DNA from: Zootoca vivipara | Lineage: Eukaryota | Direction of reading: 5' to 3' | Assembly: GCF_963506605.1 (NCBI RefSeq) | Contig: NC_083278.1 | Location: 63,860,001 to 63,924,000, forward strand | Length of the DNA stretch: 64,000 nt | Shown here: piece by piece, positions 35,701 to 47,501 of the stretch | How positions within the stretch are numbered: the stretch's first letter is position 1 | How the letters are laid out: each line of letters opens with the position of its first letter | Translations under genes and position numbers: made by a program | Notes under the pieces: generated by a model | The model's input: only the letters and a program-made list of their open reading frames with translations | Told to the model about the DNA's origin: nothing | Database searches by the model: none

Positions 35701-38700
35701 GCATGGATCACTGTGCTTGTGCATGGAAGGCCTGCCTAGTGCTGCTCTTCATGCACCTTCTGCATGTTTGTGTTGCCCCTTCCATTCAAGGTTTTTTTTA
35801 AGCTACATAATACTCTGTGTGAAAGAGAGAGATAGAGATGCAGAAAGGTGCACAGCAATGTTTGTAAAAGAGCCGCACTATGGAGGCGCAGGGGCAGAGG
35901 AAGGGGTGTGTGGTGGGTATGGGCAGGCCCAGGTATGCCCAAACGGTCCACCCGCTGCCTGCCCCCCAGCTGTAGGGCGGCTGAGTGGGAGGAGGCAGGC
36001 AGACTCCAGAGGCCCCGTGGTGCACCCCGCTCCTATGGGTGGCTTGTCCCGCCCTGCCCCTGGGCACGCCCGAGCGGCTTCCTCCACCACTGTGGAGGCG
36101 CGCAAGTTCCATGCTCCCACTTTCTTGTAGTCAGTACAGACAAGAACCGGCTGTCTTTTAATGGAAGACAGAACTGGAGGTAGAGGCAAGAGTACAAGGA
36201 AAATGGTGAAGGCATGTTGGGCAAACAAAGGCAAATGCTGCATAATTTATTGATAGGGTAAGAATAAAGGTTGGAAGTGTTGGAATATTAGTAACCCCAA
36301 TAACTAATGAGGACTTAGCCCTATAGCAAGGCATACTATTAATCAGTCTACTTTATTTCAAATATTATGTCAAGTGCAATGCTTATTTTGATTGTAGATG
36401 GTATATATCAGTGTGTGGTTCTCCATATTTTTNNNNNNNNNNNNNNNNNNNNNNNNNNNNNNNNNNNNNNNNNNNNNNNNNNNNNNNNNNNNNNNNNNNN
36501 NNNNNNNNNNNNNNNNNNNNNNNNNNNNNNNNNNNNNNNNNNNNNNNNNNNNNNNNNNNNNNNNNNNNNNNATGTTTTGTTTCTAAGGTGAGTAATACTG
36601 CTTTCCTCTTGATATTGATCTGAGCTATAGCATATTACAGCCTCTTTGAATATAAAACTCAGGGTGATTCAGTCTATTCCCAAATGTCTGCAACTGAGTT
36701 AGCTGTGTAGTAAAGTTTTTCAAAGTTAAAAGAAATATTTTTATGGACATTAAAATATATTATTTCCTTCCCTCCCTAAATATTTCTGAACAGATCAAGA
36801 ACTATGAAAACATTTTGAGACCATTTCCTTTTCCCTCACAGATCACTACCAGGACAGACTTATTGAATTGATTAAGAGCTGTACAATTGTACATCTGTGT
36901 CTCAGATCAGTACAGCTTTTGCTAAATTCTTGTAGATTATTACATTTAAAGGAAGAAAAGCAAATGTGACTCATCTCTTTGGGCTAAAGCTATATTTATC
37001 ATCTTTAATATTTTCTTCTAGAACTGTCATAAAATAGACTGAGAACACATTTGTCAAAAGGATTTTTTTAAAAAAAATCCACAGTTGCATGCCGTGTTCT
37101 GTTAGTAATTCTAATTATTGTGGTGTGTGACATAATCTCACATTTACTATAAAACTCTGATATAAGAAACCTTTTTGAGTAAACAGGAAGAAATTAGGTT
37201 CACATATAAAGGACTATCTCTAATGCCCCTCTTCCCCACAACCTTTGAAGTGGCGGTGGTGGGTGGGAATTTCTCTCAAGACATGTGGACTGTTTGTACA
37301 TTTCTGCTATTGCATATATGGTATCCCATGGGATGAGTAATGAGTTACATGAGTGATTTTGTTAACACTTTTTTTTTGCAAAGATTACACATAATTATCC
37401 AGCTCCTATAATTCATATTTGATTATCCAATGTGCCAGTTTTGCACATGGACTAGAAACCACATTCTGCTTCAGAGAATGGTGGATGAAGTCACCAGTAT
37501 TCTACATGGTGCTATTCTCAGCTGTTTCTTGTATTTGGTGTAGGATTATTATTAATTTTTTTACTGTGACTGCTCATGTTTTATATTATGGACGTGGGTG
37601 GCGCTGTGGTCTAAACTACTGAGTCTCTTGGGCTTGCCGATCAGAAGGTCAGCGGTTCGAATCCCCGTTACTCTGTCCCAGCTCCCGTTACTCTGTCCCA
37701 GCTCCTGCCAACCTAGCAGTTCGAAAGCACACCACTGCAAGTAGATAGTTACTGCTGCGGCGGGAAGGTGAATGGTATTTCCGTGCGCTCTGGTTTCCAT
37801 CATGGTGTTCTGTTGCGCCAGAAGTGGTTTAGTCATGCTGGCCACATGACCCGGAAAGCTGTCTGTGGACAAACGCTGGCTCCCTTGGCCTGAAAGCGAG
37901 ATGAGTACCACAACCCCAAAGTCGCCTTTGACTGGGGTCCTTTGACTGGGGTCCTTTACCATATATTGTTGTTGTTGTTTAGTCATTTAGTCGTCTCCAA
38001 CTCTTCGTGACCCCATGGACCATAGCACGCCAGGCACTCCATTATCCTATATAATAAAGTGCAAGTGTCTCTGCGTCCAGTATTCCCTGTGTCCCTGGGT
38101 TTGCGCTACTGTGCATGTGCCCCACGGACACAGGGATTGGACGCAGAGACTTGGAACGCACACTCACGTGTGTGCTCTCCCCACCCCCCACCCCTCTGCC
38201 AACCGCTGCTTCCTTTGCCGCCACTGCAGGAAGAGGCCAAATCGCGGCCTTCTCCTGGGCGCCCGCTGCCCTGCTGGGCTCAGCGGAGCGCCCCGACGAA
38301 GCGGCAGCCGTGGGAGGGGCCAACCGCCCCCCCACGCGCCGCCGCCAAACGAGGCCGAATCACGGCCTTCTCCTGGGCGCCCGCCGGCCAGCTGGGCTCA
38401 GCGGAGCGCCCCGACGAAGCGGCGGCCGTGGGAGGGGCCAGCCGGCCCCCCATGCGCCACCGCCAAAAGAGGCCGAATCGCGGCCTTCTCCTGGGCGCCC
38501 GCTAGCCAGCTGGGCTCAACGGAGCACCCAGACGAGGCGGCGACCATGGGAGGGGCCAATCGGCCCCCCCACGCGCCGCCACCGCCAAAAAAGGCTGAAT
38601 GCTCTAGCGCCCGTTTATTAAACGGGATGAATGACACTAGTATATATATAATGGTAAGAGCATTCCATTTCATCTAGGGTGAAATTAGTTCTATGGTTCC

Positions 38701-41700
38701 TGAACATGCTCTGTAGGTACATAGGGCGATCCTTAGCTGAAGCTGAACAGGTCAAGGTCTGATCTGGACCAAGGTGCAGCTATGTAATTTTAGACCCTGT
38801 ACTTCATGTCCTTATGGGGTCCTGCTTTACGCTGCCATGTTGCAACATCAGTTGTGAAACATATAGTTAACACTTCTTTTCTTCTTGCCTCCTCCACCTG
38901 ATTCAGCCATGCCATAGTTTACAATTGCAGCTGGTGAGGATGAAGAAGTAGAAAGTAGGAAATGAGGTCAGCAACCCTAAGAGTATCCTGAGGAAGGTCA
39001 GCACGGGTTAGGTTAGAAAGGGCAGTCTAGGAAATTTGGACGTTCCCCTCTCTATCTCCTTTTTTCCATGCATCAAGTTTTGGTATAATTCAAGACTTTA
39101 TGTCCCAGTCACATCAGGAAGTTTACTTTCTTGGTTGGTGGTGGGACTTGGCCAGGGCTCTCCTTACTGTGTTGCAAATATCCTGACAAATGCCAGCTAG
39201 TTTTGAAACTTGAAGCTCTGCAGCATAAATGTTTTCATTATCTGAAGAAGTGTGCATGCACACGAAAGCTCATACCAAAATAAAAACTTAGTTGGTCGTT
39301 AAGGTGCTACTGAAGGAATTTTTTAATAAATGTTTTCAGTTCAGTCTGGATTTTGCTTCAGGTTTCAAGTGACGAATGCATTATTGCATTTCAGAAGAAT
39401 TGTACGGTACTTATTTTCTTAAAGTGTGGATATGGTTAGTTTTCTTGGCTTTGTGATTGGAACATCCTTTTTCATTCTTTCTTCTTATCAGCTGTAGTTG
39501 GCTGAGGCATTTGAACTAACAGTACTGTGCTTTAAGAGAGGCAAATGCCCATACTTTTGACTCTGGTCCATGGGCTTTATGTCTTTTAGCTTCAGAAATA
39601 AGAGGACATCAGAAGGGGAAAGTTTAAGGAAGTTGTGAGCTGGCTGCATCTGTTTCGCATCCTCCCCTCTCCCATTCACCCCCTCTTTATTATTATTTTT
39701 TTACAAGAGAGATTTTATTTGTCATGTTAAACTCCACACAGTAGAATCATCTGGAAATATATATTTACGCCTAAAAATAAAATATACACAGATTTCTATG
39801 TTTTAAGTATTGCATGAATTTAACACTTTCCTGGTCTACAGTATTTTCGGCTTTCTGCTGGCCATGTTGCTGAGCTCTTGCTGAACATCAAAGGATCTTG
39901 CTACAAGTTCAGGAATACATTATAGTAATGCAAACTAGAAGTGCAGGTTTGATGGAACTTAGAAGGGTCTCAACATACAGCCTATCCTCCCCCCAACTCA
40001 TAACATTATGATCTAATAACTGTGAAATCCGAGCACAATTATTGTAAGCTAGACTGCTATCTTCTGCTTTTTCATACTTTCTTCCTTTTTAAATTCTTAT
40101 TTACAGTTTGGGTATAATTTTAATATTGAATTCTGCATTTGAGAAGCCATTGGTAGGCCCCTGCCCCATTACATGTGATAACTAGAATGTGACTGGATTT
40201 CACCAGTGAATTACAGACTGTAACGTCTCTGTTGCAGATTGTGGTTTCATTTGATTACTAGTTCTTTGTAGGTGCAGGTTTCTGCTATAGCTGGAGTTGT
40301 TTTTAAAAGCATGTGTATGTCATAGGCTGTGATGTAAGCTTATTGTGTGTCATGCCAATGAAGATAGCTGTAAGTCTTCCCATCTTAAATAAAAGATAAA
40401 ATATCAGCAGAGGCTCAGCTGTAATCTTCCATAATTATTGGGTGGATTGTCACTGGATAGCATTTTAAGCAGGATAAGGAGTTTTTACTAATCCTAAAAG
40501 GGAAAAAGGCAGGTAGCTTATGTTTTACCACACACTTATCACTCACTTTATCACAAACTGTGAAACACTCCAGAAATCCTTATCACCATCCCCCAATCAG
40601 AACAAGACTGAGCAACAGGTGATAACATGGCCTTCAGGCATTGACTGCCCTAAACAAATACAAGATGTGAACTGGGGGCTCATGGGTTAAGCCAATTGCA
40701 CTTATGACAGCCCTTTCCCTCATTTGTGAAGATGAGAATGAGCTTGCTGTAACTGCAGTCATCTTATTTGCATGTTACAACCTCCACGTGAATGTATGTT
40801 GAAGTTGGTGCAGAGCAAAATAGTTTGCATGAAATAGACCAGGCATGTCCAACAGGTAGATCGTGATCTACTAGTAGATCACTGGACATCTGTGGTAGAT
40901 CAGTGGCTTCCCCCAAAGAAGCTAAAAAACTTTGGCTCCCCTAAAAAAGCTCAACATCTTTGCCCTGCACCCCTAAAATGACCCGAACCTCCAAAGACAG
41001 GGCTTTCCTTCCTAAAAAAAAAAGTTCAATGTTGCTTTCCTCTTCCCTAAAGAAGCTCAACAACTTTTACATGGAACCCCCCCCCTCCAACATGGGCCTT
41101 CCTCCTTCCTAAAAAAAAGCACAACAACTTTGACCTGAACCCCCCAAAAAGGGGGTATATGACTCCCAGTTTTTAACTCTGTGAGTAGATCGCAGTCTCT
41201 TGGACGTTGGCCACCCCTGAAATAGACCTTACGAACTGCTGAAATTACAGAATTAGTCTGTTTTTGTTTTGTTCTCGAGTCTTCAGGAGCTGCTCCTGGT
41301 GTTTGGAACTATGTGAAAACTGCATTAGGTGTGGAATGGGAAATCCTATTCCCTATTCCTGAAGATTATACAGGGGGAAAACCCCAAATGGTGGCATTGT
41401 ATTTACACTTCCAAATAAGCTTCTGTATAGCACCAATACTTGCCTATGGCAAATAAGAAATGGCTGCAGGGAAACTTGGCACAAGTCAGCTTTGTTGGTT
41501 CTTTTTAGATCACACATTTATTTCATTTATGAATTGCAAAATTACAAAGCAGTTAAAAAATAAATAAAAGCATCAACAATAAAAACTTACTTAAAAATCA
41601 GTTTCCAATCCAATTCACATGCAGACTGGAATAAAACTCATGAATTACAGTGCATACCTATCAATAGGTAAGAGTAAATGTTGGTTTCAGAATTTCTAGG

Positions 41701-44700
41701 GAGCTGTAATAAAATCAATATACTAAATCAACTTCCCCCCTTTTCCTTATATTCAGAGTGAAGAGTTCCACATATATACACAGTATTGCACCAATTATCC
41801 AAGGTAGGAGTATCTTATTTTTGTGTGTGCTCTTTCCCTTTTATCATTTGAAAGGTGGCGAATAGATGTTATGACCATAATGCTTCAGACTAACATTTAA
41901 TCCAAAGGGTATGCTTTACTGTTTGTGGATAATATTAGTAGGGCAAAGAGGATGAATGCTTCCTTGCCCGTTAGAAAATGCAAGCAAGTAATTTTATGCT
42001 TATTTTAATTTTGTTGCATGGTAATCAGGTATTTTGAAAGTAGGATGCTAAGACTTGTTACTTGTGTGGCATGCATGCATGCCAATCACAAGTTTGTAAA
42101 CTTCACATAACTTCACATAACACTCCTGTATATCTTGCACAAGAAATGCATAATGCTTGAAGTTGATCCTAAGCAGGCAGTCGCTTGTGGGACCTATCAT
42201 ACATATGCATCCAAATCTGTGGAATTATGTATAATGTAGGATAATGTAGTATAATGTAGGATTCTGAGAGCTGTATTGATTTGCTTTACAGGTCAGTGGC
42301 GGTACTTACTGAATGCATGAGGAACAAGTCCCTGGCCAAGTTTTTCAGAGAGAGACAAGAAGCTTTACAACATTCTCTGCCTTTAGGATCTTACCTCTTA
42401 AAACCTGTTCAGCGGATACTCAAGTATCACCTTCTTTTGCACGTACGTTGTCATTTTAAGTGTCTCCTCTTTGGATAGCCAACAGGAACCTGGCATGGGG
42501 CGGCAGTCCAGATCAGCGGTGTGTTTCACATTGGGCCCTGCAGCTGCTCTTTCAAAATTAAAGTGCCTAGTTTGAAGGAGGCCTGCTGAAGAGTGCAAAT
42601 AATATAATGTGTAGCTAGGCTTTTGTGCTGCAGTCAAAAAACAAGCAAGCACAAACTTTCTGACGAAAGCTCATATGCCAGAAAGAAATACAGTAACCTA
42701 GCCTTCACCCTGACATGCTAGGCTTCTGCAGATGTAGAATTTCCAACCCTTCCTGCCCCTTTCTCCATCTTTCTCCCCTCCTGTGCTTATCAAACAGCTT
42801 CTTCCCTGATGCTGCAGCTTCTTTAGAAAACATGCAGTACAGACCTATACATATTTTCATAAAAAGAGTGCAGTGCAGTCCTGTACATCTTTAAATACTG
42901 TGTTCATTGGGGCTCTTGCACTAGCTGGCGTGTTTAAAAGTGCAGTTTCAATTCCAGACAAGGGCAGCTGGTGAGGAGGGTGGGCCGGTATGAAGTCATC
43001 TAAGCCCAACAAAAAGGGTTTTTTCCCCTTTTTTGCATGCATGCATGGTGGTGGTAGAGAAAGTACATATCTCTTCCTTTCTTTCCCATGATCTTAACAA
43101 TATTTTCAGAAATCTGGTTTCTTTTTAATAGTTATCATGTGCTTTCAATTAGGAGATTATACCCGTAACTACATTTCAGAGTCCAGAATTTTTAATTTGT
43201 AGTGTCTGCCTTAGTCTAATGCTCGGATGTAATTATCAAACTGAGGTTCTGTAGCCAAAAGTACAGTGGAACCTCGGTTTATGAACGCCTCGGTTTACGA
43301 ATTTTCGGTTTACGAATGCCGTGGACCCATCTGGAACGGATTAATTCACTTTCCATTACTTTCAATGGGAAAGTTCCTTCAGTTTATGAATGCTTCAGTT
43401 TATGAACAGACTTCCAGAACCAATTACACCCATGCTTCGGGTTAAGTACGCTTCAGGTTGAGTACTCCGCGGACCGTCTGGAACAGATTAATCCACTTTC
43501 CATTACTTTCAATGGGAAAGTTCGCTTCAGTTTATGAACACTTCAGTTTATGAACAGACTTCCGGAACCAATTGTGTTCATAAACCGAGGTACCACTGTA
43601 GAGGCAAGAAAGCATACTGAATGACTGACTCATTTCTCTTATTGAATGTTAATAAATTCTGCTTTGATAGCTGCTACTATAACGCTCTGTTAAACCACAG
43701 AGCCTCTTGGGCTTGCAGATCAGAAAGTTGGCGGTTTGAATCCCCGCGACAGGGTGAGCTCCCGTTGCTCAGTCCCAGCTCCTGCCAACCTAGCAGTTTG
43801 AAAGCACGTCAAAGTGCGAGTAGATAAATAGGTACCGCTACAGCGGGAAGGTAAACGGCGTTTCCGTGTGCTGCTCTTGTTCGCCAAAAGCGGCTTTGTC
43901 ATGCTGGCCACATGACCTGGAAGCTGTATGCTGGCTCCCTCGGCCAGTAAAGCAAGATGAGCGCCACAACCCCAGAGTCAGTCACGACTGGACCTAATGG
44001 TCGGGGTCCCTTTACCTTTACCGTACTATAACGCAGCAGAGTAATGCAGTCGTTGTAAGGATGCCTATATTACTTATGGCTCATGAAATCAAACACAATC
44101 CACTAGCCATTTAGGGCAGCCCATCAAAGGCTCAGCAAGCCACCTATTTTTTTGCAGCTTGCTGGAGACTGCAAAAATGGCCAGAATGCCACACACCTGG
44201 TACGCCACAATACGTACCTGGTGGGCTTGATCTGTCCCAAATTGTATGTGGTTGCCAGTCTCATCCAGCTTTTCTATCTCCATCCCAGTACATATAACAC
44301 AGTGCCTTTACATTATCAGGATCCTGGAATCAAGAGGGGTTTGGGAAAAGGGAAAAGAGACATATACAGTGGAGATGGCTATCAGTGGGAAAATGGGGCT
44401 GAAGGAAAATCTCTCGCATGGAGGGTAAGGGGTTCTGTGCTGCATATTTTATAGACCAGGGAATTCTGCTGTAGAGACAAAAGAAGTGTGATGCAGTTGG
44501 AAGGGGCTAAGTGTCAGATTATTAACCGTAGTTTACCATCAAAACATTTTTGCAGATATCTAGGAGTTGTAAATAGTTCCCTCTTCACTGGCTTATTTTC
44601 TAGGAGATAGAAAACCACCTTGACAAGGACACTGAAGGTTACGATGTGGTTTTAGAAGCCATAGATACGATGCAGAGAGTGGCGTGGCATATTAATGACA

Positions 44701-47461
44701 TGAAGAGGAAACATGAACATGCTGTCAGGCTGCAGGTGGGTTGACAAGTTTTCCATATTAGTAGTTTTTATCTTTCTATCTGGATTTTGGTTTATATAGA
44801 TTGGGCACCAGCATCCTAAATGGCTCTGGTTTTGCTTTCCTGTGCATGGTAACTATAACAACATATTTTAACATATGTTGAATTTGATCTTCCTATATTT
44901 TAAAGCATCCCACTCAACCATGGCAACTCCCAATTAATATTGTGTGATGTGTTATCTGTTACATGTGAAAGTACCTTCAAAGTGTGCTTGAGAGGTTCTT
45001 CTGAAATCTGTGTCTGTGGAATGTACAAAAGACACAATTGTGCTTGCAAGCTTTCTTTGGAGAGATCAGAACCCAAATGTAAATCTTCCTTCTCTGTCAG
45101 AAGATGAAGTTTTGCTTGTACACCCATCCAGTTTCTTTGCGGTCAGTGATTCATTTGTAGTCTTAAAAAAATGTCCACATGGCTTATGGCTGCCCAAAAC
45201 ATCTCACAAATGCGTATTTCCAAGTTGTGGGTCGGTTCAGACGTCATATTGGACTTCTGCTTATTTGAAGAAATCCTTTGGGTGAATCCATTCACATAAG
45301 CAATGAAACTCTTAATTTGGGTGAGCACAGATCTCATACGGTGTGGCTTCTATGATATCTGAGACTCTAATGAATATAATTTAAATTGCTGTGGTTAAGC
45401 TTTGTGAGTTTCAGGCATACATCTTGCATTGATAATGTAACTAAAGATACTGCAAGGACTACAGATACTGCAAGGACTAATGTGAATTCAAAGAGCAACC
45501 ATATGCAAACTTACAATAGGTTAACAGGAAGTATACAATTGCAGGCTGGCTGGAAAAGTAGCTAGTACTTTCCACTTCTTGTGTACTTCAAAGACCCTTT
45601 GATCACATGTGTTGTTTCTCACATCTTGCCACCATTATAAAACTAACACCCTCCCCTTCTTCCTATTCTTTTCCATATAGTGGCCCATCTATCCCTCTAA
45701 CGTCCAACCTTATGGCTTGCTAAGAACTCTCTCCTTGTGCCAACCTTCTCTCATGCATCATCTCTAGGGGACCATGTAAGATAATCAGACAACAGTGCAG
45801 TGCAAATTGACTGTGTGTCATAAAATACACATCCGCCAACTCTGATATTTAGAAATAGATTTCTGTTTGCCTGTCATATGGCAAATGCCTGTATGTTGCA
45901 ACGTACCATGAGACAGCTGTAGTATTTCTGTTCATGTAGAACAGGAGAGGCAAACTCTGCCCGGGGACCTGATCCACACACATCCACGCAAATGGTCATA
46001 AGCTGCATTAGGGTTCTGAAACCACATGGAGGCCTGCCAGTTTTGGGGTTGGGGGCTTTGCAGCAGTGACTGCATCACAATTCCTGTTGTGGTCCTGCTG
46101 CCATTTCTGCTGCCCTGAGCTCTTCCTGTATGTGTGGTGGTGCGTATATGTGTATGAGGGAGAGCAAATGTGAAATGGTTATACCCACTTTGGCCACGCC
46201 CACTGCTAGGGTGTGGCCCTTGGAAGGTAGGTCTACAGAGAATGTGGCCCTTGGTTGGCCATCCCTGATGTAGAAGCAATGCTTTTTCACACTGTTGACT
46301 AGAGAAGGGGAACATGATAGCGGCTTCATTACACAGCACTTGCCATGTGATATTTCCCAATGTTGTGTTTTAATCTCCTCCCCTTTTTTAGGAGATACAA
46401 AGCTTACTCACTAACTGGAAGGGACCGGACCTTGCTAGTTACGGCGAGTTGGTTTTGGAAGGAACATTCCGCATCCAGAGAGCCAAAAATGAGCGCACTC
46501 TGTTCCTCTTTGACAAGCTGCTGCTCATTACGAAGAAGCGGGAAGAGACTTTCACCTACAAAGCTCATATCTTGGTAGGTCTGTTTGTACTTGCAGGAGG
46601 AGGTTAAGGGAACAAGCAGCCCAAGGGCTGCAAAGGGGAGGAAATGGTCTATTTCAAAATGTCCAAAATATAAATGCCCATTCTGTGCACAAGATCTTCC
46701 CCTGACAAGCCTTTCTCTCTGTTGCAGTGTGGCAATCTCATGCTAGTGGAAGTCATACCAAAGGAGCCTCTGAGCTTCAGTGTCTTCCATTACAAAAATC
46801 CCAAGATGCAACATACTGTTCAGGTATTTAAATCCATAACATACTGAATGCATTCTTAAACATGTTATTAAGGATATAATTTTCCTGACAGGTATCCCAT
46901 GTATTGTAACTGAAGTTTGCACCACATAGATAGTACTCCACTTCCAGATTTGTGCAGGAAAACCGGGTCCTATTTCCTATGATCACATTCTATCCAATTG
47001 GCCCCTTCCTTCTGGAAGGGGCCAATTGGATAGAATTGCAGGGGGTTGGCCTAGAGGTCCTTTCCAAATCTGTGATTCTGTGAGCATCCCACAGTCGTAT
47101 TCTCAAACTCTGCTTCCAACTCCACCCCTCAGGTTTCTCTCCTCCTCTGGACTTCTCAAGACAGCCAAACAGCTGATGTATAGATGTAATTATGGATAAT
47201 AAAGCATGTAATTATTATTTTTTTTAAAGTGTCCCCGGGTTCGTTGAAAAAATCTGGTAACCATACTCTAGCTATAACTTCTTGCATTCTTGCAACTTGT
47301 AACAGGCCAAATCACAGCAAGATAAGCGCCTTTGGATTCTTCACTTGAAGAGATTAATTCTTGAAAACCACCCTGCCAAAATCCCAGCTAAGGTAAAATA
47401 TTAGCAACTGCCTTATTTGTATGTATGTATGTATGTATGTATGTATGTATGTATGTATGTA

Positions 47462-47501
<40 letters not shown>

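Noticed and set aside
36367-36623. ORFs containing X runs
   Set aside because: Artefacts of the N gap; only the CFVSK exon end is real
38015-38677. 220-aa ORF and overlapping ORFs
   Set aside because: Starts in a BovB tail and reads through the Helitron minisatellite; repetitive translation with no Rep/Helicase motifs
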